Shown: positions 9,669 to 19,283, numbered from the stretch's first letter. The stretch: DNA of 42,434 nucleotides from Eubacteriales bacterium (GCA_045588595.1 JAZNEM010000024.1:1-42434), one strand, 5' to 3'. The notes: a model not told the origin generated them from the letters alone. A program made the numbers and translations.

Positions 9669-9714
9669 GTTTGTTTTTAACTTTTGTTACCGTTTATAAG
9701 GAGCGGAATATTTT

Positions 9715-10611
9715 ATGAGTGATAATAAGAAGATCCTACGTATAGAAGAAATTATAAAGGAATATGACCGCGCTTTTGAAAAAAAGCTTGAGGTCGTTGC
9801 AAATGATATCCTTTCGAAAAAAGACGTTCGTCTTGTGCGTTTGAGCGGACCGACCTGTTCGGGTAAGACGACTGCGGCGGCAATGCTCGTTAAAGCCTTT
9901 GAAAAGGCAGGAAAGCGAGCTGTTACGATATCTATTGACGATTTTTATTTTGACACTCACATTCTAAAAAGAAACTCCGAGAAAAAAGGTCTTGACGGTA
10001 TAGATTACGATTCCGTAGACACTATAGACCTTGACGAGCTTTCTCGCTTTGTTGAGGAGATATTTGAGTCCGATGAGGTACATTGTCCGATATTTGACTT
10101 TACAAGCGGAAAAAGAACGGGATACCGCGCTATAAAAATAGGGAAGGACGATATCTTCATTTTTGAGGGTATACAAACACTCTATCCGCAAATATCCACT
10201 ATGTTCGCAAAGCATAGCTCGGCTGGAATATTTATCGCGCCGATGACCGATATAATCGCTGATGATAAGAAGATAATTCCAAATGAATTAAGGCTTATGC
10301 GCCGACTTGTTCGCGATCATAAATATCGAAATACCGACCCGAGATTTACCTTTGATCTTTGGAAAAACGTAAGAAATAATGAGGAAAGATCTATTTTCCC
10401 ATTTATAGAAGCTTGCGAATATAAGGTCGATTCCACAGTTCCGTATGAGCTTGGTGTATTAAGACCTTATTTGGAAAATATACTTAAAGACATAAAAAAA
10501 GAAGAACCGTGTTATTCTCAAGCAAGAGAAATACTTTCTTTTGTAGATAACGTGGAGAGCATTTCGGATACGCTTATAGCAGCCGATTCGCTGTATAAGG
10601 AATTTGTTTAG
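9715..10611 (+). CDS. Uridine kinase family / P-loop nucleoside kinase-like protein
   Basis: Walker A motif GPTCSGKTT and the ISIDDFY motif typical of Udk/PRK-family kinases. It is longer (298 aa) than canonical Udk. Confidence 0.65.
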   Translation: MSDNKKILRIEEIIKEYDRAFEKKLEVVANDILSKKDVRLVRLSGPTCSGKTTAAAMLVKAFEKAGKRAVTISIDDFYFDTHILKRNSEKKGLDGIDYDSVDTIDLDELSRFVEEIFESDEVHCPIFDFTSGKRTGYRAIKIGKDDIFIFEGIQTLYPQISTMFAKHSSAGIFIAPMTDIIADDKKIIPNELRLMRRLVRDHKYRNTDPRFTFDLWKNVRNNEERSIFPFIEACEYKVDSTVPYELGVLRPYLENILKDIKKEEPCYSQAREILSFVDNVESISDTLIAADSLYKEFV

Positions 10612-10667
10612 TTAAAAGCACCTCGTTTCCGCAGTTACATACCTTTTCTGCCGTAATATACGCAGAA

Positions 10668-10690
10668 ATATCCGAATATAATTCGGATAT
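10668..10690. repeat. Perfect 10-bp inverted repeat with a 3-nt spacer in the intergenic region upstream of the flippase gene
   Basis: ATATCCGAAT-ATA-ATTCGGATAT. The centre contains TATAAT (10677-10682). Confidence 0.6.
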
Positions 10691-10720
10691 AACGGTATTG
10701 CGGGAACGGTGGTGCAATTT

Positions 10721-12394
10721 ATGATAAAGCAAACAAAAAAAGACTTAAAGCAAAAGAATACGGCAAACGGATTTTTATCGGGTGTTTTCATTCTTTCGCT
10801 ATCAACTGTAATAGTTAAGGTAATAGGGCTTGCTTGTAAAATACCTCTTATAGCTTTGCTTGGCGCAGAGGGAATGGGGTATTTTAACTCGGCACTTGAA
10901 ATACACGCTCTGCTTTGCGTTATATCTACTGCTGGTCTGCCGGTGGCTCTTTCGATGCTCGTTTCAGCGTGCAGAGAACGTAGTGACGGAATTGGAATAC
11001 GAAAGATATGGCGAACAGCTCTAACACTGTTTTTGTTACTCGGAGGTGTTGGCGCGTTAGCTTTGTCATGCTTTGCTCCCGCTATTTCAAAAGGAGTGGG
11101 GAATCCCGACGCGGCAGCATCTGTCGCCGCAATAGCTCCGTCGCTTCTGTTCGTATGCTTTGCAAGTGCTATAAGAGGATATTTTCAAGGGTTTGGATAT
11201 ATGACTCCTACCGCGATATCTCAGCTTATCGAAGCCCTTGGCAAGCTTGTTTTCGGTGTCGCTTTTGCGTATATGGCACTCAATAGAGGAAGCTCTCTTC
11301 CTTTGGCAGCGGCGTATTCTGTATTCGGTATAACACTCGGTACAGCTTTGTCGGCAGTGTATCTTTTGATCTCAAAAGCAAGAAATAAGCAGTATAATAT
11401 TGACGCTTCAAAATCGCAAACGATTGCTTACAAAGAGCAAAAAACGGTAAGTACGCTTTTAAAGATAGCCTTTCCTATCACAGTAAGCTCTGCGGTGTTG
11501 AGCGTTACACGTATGATAGATATGTCACTCATACTTCGCAGACTCTCTGATATAGGAGTAAGTTCTTCGCGCGCAAATGAGATATTCGGTTCATATACAA
11601 CACTGGCTCTTCCTGTTTTTAGTTTAGTTCCGTCACTTATTACACCGATAGCTCTTTCTTTAGTTCCACAGCTTTCCGCGGCTATTGAAAAAAGGTCGAG
11701 TGAGGGACAGGGACGTGTGCTTTCCGATTCAATGCGGCTTACCGTGCTCTTTGCAATACCGTCGTCAATGGGAATAGCACTTTACGCAAGACCGATACTT
11801 TCTATATTGTTTTCAGGACAATATGAGGCAATAGAGATAGCTTCTCCGCTTTTGTCAATACTCGGTGCGTCAGTCGTTTTTTCCTGCGTAATAACAACTA
11901 CAAACGCTATCTTGCAGTCATACAGGAAGACCGTACTGCCGATAATCTCTATGGTGGTTGGCTCTGTGATAAAGATAGTAAGCGCATATATTCTTATAGG
12001 CATAGAGGATATTGGAGTTTACGGTGCGCCTATAAGCACTTTTCTGTGCAATGTGTGTATAACCGCTATGAATCTGTATTTTATTTCGGGAGTCTTTAAG
12101 GGGGAAAGTATTCTTAAGATATGGGGCAGACCTTTCGTCGCTTCACTTGGCGGAATACTGTTGTCCTTAGCGGCATATATTCCGCTTAACTCTCTTTTGG
12201 AAAGCAGGACGCTTAGTTTTATAATTATTCTTCCAATAGCGATAATAGGATATTTTGCCTTTGCGGTGCTTACACGCGCTATCACCAAAGATGATCTTTC
12301 GCTATTACCGCTTTTAAAAAACAAAAACAATAATATAAGGAATAAAACAGAAAGAAAAGGAAAATATAAGCATGAAAAAAGTAATGACTGTTGA
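10721..12394 (+). CDS. MOP-superfamily flippase (SpoVB/YabM/MurJ-like polysaccharide or lipid II flippase)
   Basis: About 14 predicted TM helices, and the N-terminal pattern (VIVKVIGLACKIPLIALLGAEGMGYFNSA) is typical of SpoVB/MurJ proteins. It sits in the yabM position upstream of mazG-yabO-yabP-yabQ-divIC. Confidence 0.78.
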   Translation: MIKQTKKDLKQKNTANGFLSGVFILSLSTVIVKVIGLACKIPLIALLGAEGMGYFNSALEIHALLCVISTAGLPVALSMLVSACRERSDGIGIRKIWRTALTLFLLLGGVGALALSCFAPAISKGVGNPDAAASVAAIAPSLLFVCFASAIRGYFQGFGYMTPTAISQLIEALGKLVFGVAFAYMALNRGSSLPLAAAYSVFGITLGTALSAVYLLISKARNKQYNIDASKSQTIAYKEQKTVSTLLKIAFPITVSSAVLSVTRMIDMSLILRRLSDIGVSSSRANEIFGSYTTLALPVFSLVPSLITPIALSLVPQLSAAIEKRSSEGQGRVLSDSMRLTVLFAIPSSMGIALYARPILSILFSGQYEAIEIASPLLSILGASVVFSCVITTTNAILQSYRKTVLPIISMVVGSVIKIVSAYILIGIEDIGVYGAPISTFLCNVCITAMNLYFISGVFKGESILKIWGRPFVASLGGILLSLAAYIPLNSLLESRTLSFIIILPIAIIGYFAFAVLTRAITKDDLSLLPLLKNKNNNIRNKTERKGKYKHEKSNDC

Positions 12395-13190
12395 TGAAAA
12401 AAAAGAATATCTTCTGTCAAAAGAGCACTATACCTTTGAGGACCTTGTTATACTCGTAGAGGTGCTTCGCTCCGAAAAGGGTTGCCCTTGGGATAGAGAA
12501 CAGACACATAAGAGCATCAGAAAGGATCTTATAGAGGAGACGTATGAGGTTATCGAGGCAATAGATACAGAAAACCCCGAGCTTATGCGAGAGGAGCTTG
12601 GAGATGTTCTTCTTCAGATAGTTTTTCATGCGTGTATCGGGAAAGAGGATAAGGAATTTGACGTTTGTGACGTTACGAATGATATATGCGTAAAGCTTAT
12701 ACACCGCCACCCCCATGTTTTCGGTGACGTAAAGGCAGATACTTCGGAAAAGGTGCTTTCCAATTGGGAAAAAATAAAGAGCGATGAAAAAGACAGACGA
12801 ACGGTAACCGATAAGCTAAAGGCTATACCTCCAATGCTTCCCGCCCTCATGCGTGCCGAAAAGGTAGGTAAGAAAGCAAAGTGCTTTGACTTTGCAGACG
12901 CAGAGGGGGTCATGCTTAAGGTACATGAGGAGATCGGTGAATTCGAGGAAGCTTATAGGAAAAACGATAAGGAGTCTATGCAGGAGGAGATGGGCGATCT
13001 TTTGCTTACGCTTACGTCTCTTTGCAGAAAGACGGGGATAGATCCCGAGGTAGCGTTGAATAACGCGACAAATAAGTTTATAGCTCGCTTTGAAAAAGTT
13101 GAAAATGCGGTCATTGAGAGAGAGAGGGACATTGAAAACATGTCGATGACCGAGCTTGATGAAATATGGGATGAAATTAAACATAAATAA
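12372..13190 (+). CDS. mazG: Nucleoside triphosphate pyrophosphohydrolase MazG (tandem MazG domains)
   Basis: CPWDREQTH motif and EExGDxLL motifs in both halves. It overlaps the flippase stop by 23 nt. Confidence 0.9.
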   Translation: MKKVMTVDEKKEYLLSKEHYTFEDLVILVEVLRSEKGCPWDREQTHKSIRKDLIEETYEVIEAIDTENPELMREELGDVLLQIVFHACIGKEDKEFDVCDVTNDICVKLIHRHPHVFGDVKADTSEKVLSNWEKIKSDEKDRRTVTDKLKAIPPMLPALMRAEKVGKKAKCFDFADAEGVMLKVHEEIGEFEEAYRKNDKESMQEEMGDLLLTLTSLCRKTGIDPEVALNNATNKFIARFEKVENAVIERERDIENMSMTELDEIWDEIKHK

Positions 13191-13233
13191 GCGAAAAAAA
13201 GTAAAAAATTTGGAGAAAAAAGCAAAAAAGCTC

Positions 13234-13262
13234 TTGATATTATGAAAAAAGTATGATATAAT
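13234..13262 (+). promoter_or_regulatory. Sigma-A type promoter of hup, with an A-tract-rich upstream region
   Basis: TTGATA (13234-13239), 17-nt spacer, TGa-TATAAT (13254-13262). Four A6-7 tracts at 13194-13229 resemble an UP element. Confidence 0.7.
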
Positions 13263-13328
13263 TATTAATGTAATTTATGAGGGAGAACCCTGATGAATAA
13301 AAATATAAAAAAGAAAGGTGAAAAGAAC

Positions 13329-13601
13329 ATGAACAAGACACAGTTTGTTGAAGCAATCGCCGCAAAGTCAGGTCTTAGCAAGAAGGCAGCAGAAGCAGCA
13401 CTCAACGCAATGACAGATGTTGTTGCAGAAACTCTCAAGGCAGGAGAGAAGATCCAGCTCGTTGGATTTGGTACTTTTGAGGTTAAGGAGAGAGCAGCAA
13501 GAGCTGGCCGTAACCCCAAGACCGGTGAAACCATTCAGATAGCAGCATCCAAGACCCCCGCATTTAGCGCAGGCAAGGCTCTTAAGGACTCCGTAAACTA
13601 A
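13329..13601 (+). CDS. hup: DNA-binding protein HU
   Basis: [11 protein letters not shown]...[22 protein letters not shown] is the canonical HU sequence. An in-frame upstream ATG at 13293 also has an SD (see findings). Confidence 0.92.
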   Translation: MNKTQFVEAIAAKSGLSKKAAEAALNAMTDVVAETLKAGEKIQLVGFGTFEVKERAARAGRNPKTGETIQIAASKTPAFSAGKALKDSVN

Positions 13602-13609
13602 TTTCTTTT

Positions 13610-13641
13610 CGGGTGAACGGCTTCGTTCACCCGATTTTTTC
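13610..13641 (+). terminator. Intrinsic terminator after hup
   Basis: CGGGTGAACG / loop GCTT / CGTTCACCCG (10-bp stem), followed by ATTTTTT. Confidence 0.85.
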
Positions 13642-13655
13642 GAAAGGAGACAGTT

Positions 13656-13901
13656 ATGAGACTCGATAAATACCTAAAAGTCTCTCGAATAATAAAAAGA
13701 CGAACTGTTGCAAACGATGCGTGTGACGCTGAACACGTTACTGTGAACGGCAAACGTGCAAAAGCTTCTTATGACGTCAAGGCAGGCGATATCGTAGAGA
13801 TAACGTTCGGACAAAGAACGCTCAAATTTAAGGTCGTCAGCGTGCGTGATAACGTTGCCAAAGCAGAGGCTTCGGAGATGTATGAGATCATAGAAGAATA
13901 A
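13656..13901 (+). CDS. rqcP: S4-domain RNA-binding protein (YabO/RqcP, Hsp15-like)
   Basis: MRLDKYLKVSRIIKRRTVA...V.VNG is the S4 signature. It is 81 aa and sits in the yabO position before yabP. Confidence 0.85.
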   Translation: MRLDKYLKVSRIIKRRTVANDACDAEHVTVNGKRAKASYDVKAGDIVEITFGQRTLKFKVVSVRDNVAKAEASEMYEIIEE

Positions 13902-13960
13902 TAGAATATTTGAAATAAACTCCGCATATGATTTATTGAATCTTTTGCGGAGGTTTTTTT

Positions 13961-14239
13961 ATGAATATTCAATCTGAAAGGAAAACTCACGAAATACACG
14001 TCGGAATGCGAAAAGAAATGAGTATCACGGGAGTCAGTGAGGTGATAAGCTTTGACGAAACGAGCGTAAGCTTAAAAAGCTTGTGCGGAGAGATGACGAT
14101 AGAGGGAAATGACCTAAAGGTAGGTGTTTTGGATACCGATAAGGGAGTGGTTACTTTAGAGGGAAAAATAGATACAATTTATTATTCCGCGGATACAACA
14201 GAGGAAAAACGCGGATTTTTCTCAAAGCTGTTCAGGTAA
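13961..14239 (+). CDS. yabP: Sporulation protein YabP
   Basis: SITGV.EV.SFDE...L.IEG..L.....D...G.V.LEGKID..YY matches the pattern I recall for B. subtilis YabP. Confidence 0.8.
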   Translation: MNIQSERKTHEIHVGMRKEMSITGVSEVISFDETSVSLKSLCGEMTIEGNDLKVGVLDTDKGVVTLEGKIDTIYYSADTTEEKRGFFSKLFR

Positions 14240-14245
14240 GAACGA

Positions 14246-14857
14246 ATGGAGATATCGCCATTTCTTCTTACGCTTCTTTTGTCGTGGAGCTTCGTGTTTG
14301 GAGCGATACTCGGAGTTATAAACGACATAAACAGGATCATACGAGTGTTTTGCGGGGTGAGATATTCCGAAAAGCACTTTGGAAAATTGTACGAGCTTGT
14401 TTTGCCCGTGGTTCGCAGACCTCTTTTGAGAAGTGAAAATAAATTTCACAAAAAAGCACTTGCTGTATTTATATTTTTTCAAGATATAATTTTTTTTGTT
14501 TTTGCGGGTATAGGAATAATTCTCTTAAATTATGAATTTAACGAGGGACGGTTTAGATTTTTTACAATATTCGCAGTATTTATGGGCTTTTTGCTATATT
14601 ATTTTACAATTGGAAAAGTTGTGATGACGGTGTCGGAAGGTATCGCTTTTTTTATAAAAGCAACGTTTTTAGTCGTTTTTAGCGCGCTTTTTCGACCATT
14701 TGGTATTATATTTAAATTTTTAATAAAAAAACTAAAAAAAACTACTTTATTTTTAAATATTACTCTTGCAAATATTCGAAAAAAGTTGTATAATAAATAT
14801 AGAAGAAAAGAGATGATAAAAAAATCATCAAACGGCTTTTTGAAAATTAAAAAATAG
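14246..14857 (+). CDS. yabQ: Spore cortex biosynthesis membrane protein YabQ-like
   Basis: Polytopic membrane protein of about 200 aa immediately after yabP, with a Lys-rich tail. The call rests mainly on synteny. Confidence 0.6.
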   Translation: MEISPFLLTLLLSWSFVFGAILGVINDINRIIRVFCGVRYSEKHFGKLYELVLPVVRRPLLRSENKFHKKALAVFIFFQDIIFFVFAGIGIILLNYEFNEGRFRFFTIFAVFMGFLLYYFTIGKVVMTVSEGIAFFIKATFLVVFSALFRPFGIIFKFLIKKLKKTTLFLNITLANIRKKLYNKYRRKEMIKKSSNGFLKIKK

Positions 14858-14889
14858 TAAAAATCAGCATTTCAAGGAGAACAATAAAA

Positions 14890-15192
14890 ATGGGCACGGG
14901 TAAGTATTTTGTAGGTCAAAAAAAAGGAGTTTATCTCGCTGTGCGCATTTTTCTTGTTTTCCTTTTTGTTTTTGCTATTGCGTTTTTTCTGTGGTGCTTG
15001 ATGTATGTAAATGAGGCAGACGATCAAGCAAAAGAATACGAGGCGCGTATCGAACGTCTCAGCGACGATGTTGAGCAACTCAAATATCTTGTGGATGCCC
15101 CTCTTGACGATGCATATAAGATACGCATAGCCCGCGAAAAATTGGGTATGTGTTTCCCTGATGAAATAGTATTTTATACAGAAGTGAATTGA
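14890..15192 (+). CDS. divIC: Septum formation initiator family protein (DivIC/FtsB-like)
   Basis: One N-terminal TM helix followed by a coiled-coil segment (EYEARIERLSDDVEQLKYL) and an IAREKLGM motif. It sits in the divIC position, with SD AAGGAG at 14875-14880. Confidence 0.72.
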   Translation: MGTGKYFVGQKKGVYLAVRIFLVFLFVFAIAFFLWCLMYVNEADDQAKEYEARIERLSDDVEQLKYLVDAPLDDAYKIRIAREKLGMCFPDEIVFYTEVN

Positions 15193-15258
15193 TATATATA
15201 TAATAAAAAAATCAAATGCGGAGATAATATAAGCAGTAAAAAGGACGGTGATACGGTA

Positions 15259-16806
15259 ATGTCAAAAGTCAATAGAGCAGTTTTTGAGACGGCATATGAA
15301 TACCTTGGCGTTCACCGTGAGGATACGAGCTATATATTCAGAGTATGGGCGCCTAGAGCTGATGCGGTCTACGTAGTAGGTGACTTTAACGGTTGGGACG
15401 AAAGTTGCCCTATGACGCGCGTTGAATGCGGTATATGGGAGTGTTCGGTCTGTGCAACAAATATCCATGAAGGCGATCTTTACAAATATAAAATAAAAAA
15501 CGGTGTGCAGGAGATATACAAGGCAGATCCGTATTCGTTTTGCTCTAAAGACGCAAATGAAACTGCGTCTGAGGTAAGAGATATTTTTCACTATGCGTGG
15601 AGAGATAGGAGTTGGCTTGAATACCGCAGTAACAGTTCTGATAATAGACCGATAAATATTTACAAGATACACATAACGTCATGGAAACGTCATGATAACG
15701 GTAAAGTTTATTCATTGCGAGAGCTTGCTACCGAGCTTGCACCTTACGTAAAACAGATGGGATATACCCATGTGGAACTCATGCCGATAATGGAGCAATC
15801 AGACGAAAGGTCGTTTGGTTATATTATAGATTCTTTTTACGCCCCGACAGCACGCATAGGAACGCCTTACGACCTTATGAGCTTTATTGACTCAATGCAT
15901 GAGGCTGGTATCGGTGTTATTCTTGACATGATACCGTCGTGTTTTGCTAAAAAAGGTGATTTTCTTGCTGATTTTGACGGACAACCTCTGTATGAAAAAG
16001 AGGGAGACTGCGAAGATACCCTAAAAGGAACAAAAACTTTTGACATTGGACGAAATGAAGTAAAAAGCTTTATTATTTCAAATGCTCATTTTTTGATAGA
16101 TGTGTATCACGCGGACGGACTCAATTTTGATATTGATTCACTTAAGACGTTTTCAAAAACCGAAGAGGGAACAGAGTTTTTACACAAGCTTAGATCAAGT
16201 GTAAAAAAACGTTTTCCCGACGTTTTGATTATTTATTCGAATGAAAAAACGTTTTTTGACAGTCTTAACGGAGATGCTACTCAAAGATCAGCTTATATAA
16301 AAGCACATTTGGGTTATCAAATTACATTTCCGCAAAAAAAAGCTTTGCTTATGGGAACAGAGATAGGACAGCTTTGGGAAAAAGAGCGTACACCGTCGGT
16401 AAAATGGCGTTTGCTTGATCATGAACAGGATGCCAAGCTTCAATATTATATCGCGGAGCTTAATCACCTTTATTTAAAAGAATCGCCGTTGTGGTATGAT
16501 GATCGTTTTGAGCGTATAGAAACAAATGACTGTGATGTTATGGCTTGCAAACGTGTCGATCCTAAAGGCAACGAACTGCTAATAATTTTGAATTTTGGTT
16601 CAGTCATGAGAGAAAATTTCAGAATAGGCGTTTCAAAAGACGGAAGTTATAAGGAGATATTTAATTCCGATGACCGCCGTTTCGGTGGAAATAGCGAGAG
16701 CAGTTTTAACGTTGTCGAGGCGGAAAATATCAAATGGCAAAATTGTTCGGCATCAATATGTCTTAACATTCCGCCAATGTCTTTGGCGATATTTAAGTAT
16801 ATATAA
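15259..16806 (+). CDS. 1,4-alpha-glucan branching enzyme homologue (GlgB-like) with degenerate GH13 catalytic motifs
   Basis: The CBM48-like N-terminus is conserved (FRVWAP...[16 protein letters not shown]), as is the C-terminal part. GH13 regions I-III are mutated and region IV is missing. The protein is 515 aa. Confidence 0.8.
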   Translation: MSKVNRAVFETAYEYLGVHREDTSYIFRVWAPRADAVYVVGDFNGWDESCPMTRVECGIWECSVCATNIHEGDLYKYKIKNGVQEIYKADPYSFCSKDANETASEVRDIFHYAWRDRSWLEYRSNSSDNRPINIYKIHITSWKRHDNGKVYSLRELATELAPYVKQMGYTHVELMPIMEQSDERSFGYIIDSFYAPTARIGTPYDLMSFIDSMHEAGIGVILDMIPSCFAKKGDFLADFDGQPLYEKEGDCEDTLKGTKTFDIGRNEVKSFIISNAHFLIDVYHADGLNFDIDSLKTFSKTEEGTEFLHKLRSSVKKRFPDVLIIYSNEKTFFDSLNGDATQRSAYIKAHLGYQITFPQKKALLMGTEIGQLWEKERTPSVKWRLLDHEQDAKLQYYIAELNHLYLKESPLWYDDRFERIETNDCDVMACKRVDPKGNELLIILNFGSVMRENFRIGVSKDGSYKEIFNSDDRRFGGNSESSFNVVEAENIKWQNCSASICLNIPPMSLAIFKYI

Positions 16807-16895
16807 AAAATTCTCAAAAAAACGACTTGTTTGCGGTCGCAAAACGCAAAAAAAGAATCAAAAAGCCAAAAAGGCTTAAAACATTGGAGGATAAT

Positions 16896-18104
16896 ATGTT
16901 CAGGAAGAAAGAATGTGTTGCGATGCTTTTGGCAGGCGGACAGGGAAGCCGCTTATATGCCTTGACCGAGAAAACAGCAAAACCTGCAGTCCCCTTTGGC
17001 GGTAAGTACCGCATTATCGATTTTCCCCTATCAAATTGCGTCAATTCAGGTGTTGATACCGTTGGCGTTCTTACGCAGTATCAGCCTCTTGTGCTTAACG
17101 AATATATAGGAAACGGTCTGCCATGGGACCTTGACCGCGCTTACGGAGGTGTAAAGATACTTCCGCCGTATCAGGGGAAAAAGGGTGCGGATTGGTATAA
17201 AGGCACGGCTAATGCAATATATCAGAACCTTGAATTTATCGACCGTTACGACCCCGATTACGTTCTTATTCTTTCAGGCGACCATATTTACAAAATGGAT
17301 TATTCAAAAATGCTTGAATATCATAAGAAGATGGGCGCGGATTGTACGATAGCGGTAATTGACGTTCCGCTAAAAGAGGCGAGTAGATTCGGTATAATGA
17401 GCACGTATGATGACGGCAGAATTTTCAAGTTTTCGGAAAAGCCGAAAGAGCCTGACAGTACGAAGGCTTCTATGGGAATATACATTTTTTCAAAGGAATG
17501 TCTTTTCCGTTATTTGAAAGCTGACGCTCAAGATCCGACGAGTGCCAATGACTTTGGTAAAAACATAATTCCCACGATGCTCAACGCAGGAGAAAAGATG
17601 TACGCATATCCCTTTGTAGGATATTGGAAGGACGTTGGAACTATCGCATCTCTTTGGGAGGCTAATATGGATCTCCTTGGAAGCGATCCTGTTCTTAAGC
17701 TCAATGATGAGGAGTGGCGCATCTATGCTCGCCATGAACCGCATGCTCCGCAGTTCGTGGGAGAAAACGCAGTGATCGATAATAGCTCTATAACCGAGGG
17801 GTGCGAGATATACGGTACTGTTAGAAATTCTGTTCTTGGTTCTAACGTAAAGGTAATGAAAGGCGCGGTCGTTAGCGATTCGGTCATTCTTGAGGACGTA
17901 GTTATAGGAGAGAACGCACAGGTACACTATTCTATCATTGACCACGGTTCAACGATCGGGGCGCGCGCAAAGATCGGATCGGATAAGAAAAAATCCAAAG
18001 GTATTACGGTCATCGGAGCGGGTATCCCCGTGGCAGATGATACCGTTATCGGAGATAACAAAATGATCTCGGATGTTAGCGATATTGAAAAGGAGGCTGA
18101 ATAA
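16896..18104 (+). CDS. glgC: Glucose-1-phosphate adenylyltransferase GlgC
   Basis: [43 protein letters not shown] at 16886-16890 precedes ATG 16896, and the upstream extension in the track is Lys-rich with no SD. Confidence 0.93.
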   Translation: MFRKKECVAMLLAGGQGSRLYALTEKTAKPAVPFGGKYRIIDFPLSNCVNSGVDTVGVLTQYQPLVLNEYIGNGLPWDLDRAYGGVKILPPYQGKKGADWYKGTANAIYQNLEFIDRYDPDYVLILSGDHIYKMDYSKMLEYHKKMGADCTIAVIDVPLKEASRFGIMSTYDDGRIFKFSEKPKEPDSTKASMGIYIFSKECLFRYLKADAQDPTSANDFGKNIIPTMLNAGEKMYAYPFVGYWKDVGTIASLWEANMDLLGSDPVLKLNDEEWRIYARHEPHAPQFVGENAVIDNSSITEGCEIYGTVRNSVLGSNVKVMKGAVVSDSVILEDVVIGENAQVHYSIIDHGSTIGARAKIGSDKKKSKGITVIGAGIPVADDTVIGDNKMISDVSDIEKEAE

Positions 18105-18105
18105 T

Positions 18106-19239
18106 ATGTCAGTAGCAGGTATTATTTTTTCTAATATTCACGATTCTTCTATTCCCGAGCTGACCAACATACGAACAATGGCTTCTGTACCGTTTGGATG
18201 TCGTTACCGTCTTATAGATTTTCCGCTTTCTTACATGGTAAATTCGGGAATAAATAAGATAGGTATAATAACTCACGATAATTATCAGTCGCTTATGGAC
18301 CATATAGGTACGGGTAAGGACTGGGATCTTGCTCGACGTTCTGGCGGTATAAAGATACTTCCGCCTTTTATAAGCACGACGGGTATTTCCAGAGGAGGAA
18401 GACTGTATACATCTCGTTTGGAGGCACTTATAGGCGTTATGACCTTTATAACCCGTTGTAACGAGGAGTATATAGTTCTTTCGGATTGCGACTGTATCTG
18501 CAATATCGACCTCGATGCAGTGCTTGAAGCACATATAGCCAAAAACGCAGATATGACTATCGTTTCGCGTCCTTCGGCAGAAAACGAAACTCTTCCTGCG
18601 GAAGGGGAGACTGTTATTAAAAGTGATGCAGACGGACTTGTTTTGGAAACAGAGGCATATCAGAAAAATACTGTCGGTGTTGAGATAAGTACGAATATCA
18701 TCATAGTCAACAGAACCTTCCTTATAAATCTTTTGAATGAAGCATCATCTCACGGATATTCCCATTTTTATCGCGATGCTATTTCAAAGAGGCTCGGAAA
18801 GTCAAGGATCTACCGCTATTTGTATGAGGGTATATATTTACAGATCTCTTCAATGGAGGATTATTTTTCCGCATCTATGCGTTTGCTTGATAACGACGTT
18901 CGCGAAGGTCTGTTCAACGTGTCTAACCGTCCTATTTATACCAAGCTTCGCAATTCGTCTCCCACTATATACGCAGAGGGTGCAAAGGTAAGAAACAGCT
19001 ACGTTGCCGACGGTTGCGTTATCGAAGGCGAGGTCGAAAATTGCATTATCTTCCGCGGAGTACACATAGGTAAGGGAACTGTAGTTAGAAATTCTGTTCT
19101 TATGCAGGATACTTTTACGGGTAATAACGTAATGCTTAACTGCATTGTTGCGGATAAGAACACCGCTATCCGCGACGGAAGAATACTTTCGGGACATGAG
19201 ACTATGCCGTTCTTTATCCCTAAAGGAACGATGGTGTAA
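18106..19239 (+). CDS. glgD: Glucose-1-phosphate adenylyltransferase regulatory subunit GlgD
   Basis: GlgC paralogue lacking the GGxGxRL motif (GIIFSN...RTMASVPFGCRYRLIDFPLS). ATG 18106 lies 1 nt after the glgC stop, with AGGAGG at 18091-18096. Confidence 0.88.
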   Translation: MSVAGIIFSNIHDSSIPELTNIRTMASVPFGCRYRLIDFPLSYMVNSGINKIGIITHDNYQSLMDHIGTGKDWDLARRSGGIKILPPFISTTGISRGGRLYTSRLEALIGVMTFITRCNEEYIVLSDCDCICNIDLDAVLEAHIAKNADMTIVSRPSAENETLPAEGETVIKSDADGLVLETEAYQKNTVGVEISTNIIIVNRTFLINLLNEASSHGYSHFYRDAISKRLGKSRIYRYLYEGIYLQISSMEDYFSASMRLLDNDVREGLFNVSNRPIYTKLRNSSPTIYAEGAKVRNSYVADGCVIEGEVENCIIFRGVHIGKGTVVRNSVLMQDTFTGNNVMLNCIVADKNTAIRDGRILSGHETMPFFIPKGTMV

Positions 19240-19283
19240 TTTTCTAAATACAAGAGATAATTGAAAGGAATTTGTTAAAACTA

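Noticed and set aside
16334-16341. An A8 run in glgB at the point where homology to canonical GlgB resumes, which could indicate a frameshifted pseudogene.
   Set aside because: The reading frame is continuous and homology continues in the same frame after the run ([12 protein letters not shown]). The gene is too short to hide the missing segment in another frame.
16670-16879. A 69-aa highly basic ORF overlapping the glgB 3' end and the glgB-glgC spacer.
   Set aside because: It is out of frame within glgB and has no SD. Its basic tail simply reflects the A-rich intergenic sequence.
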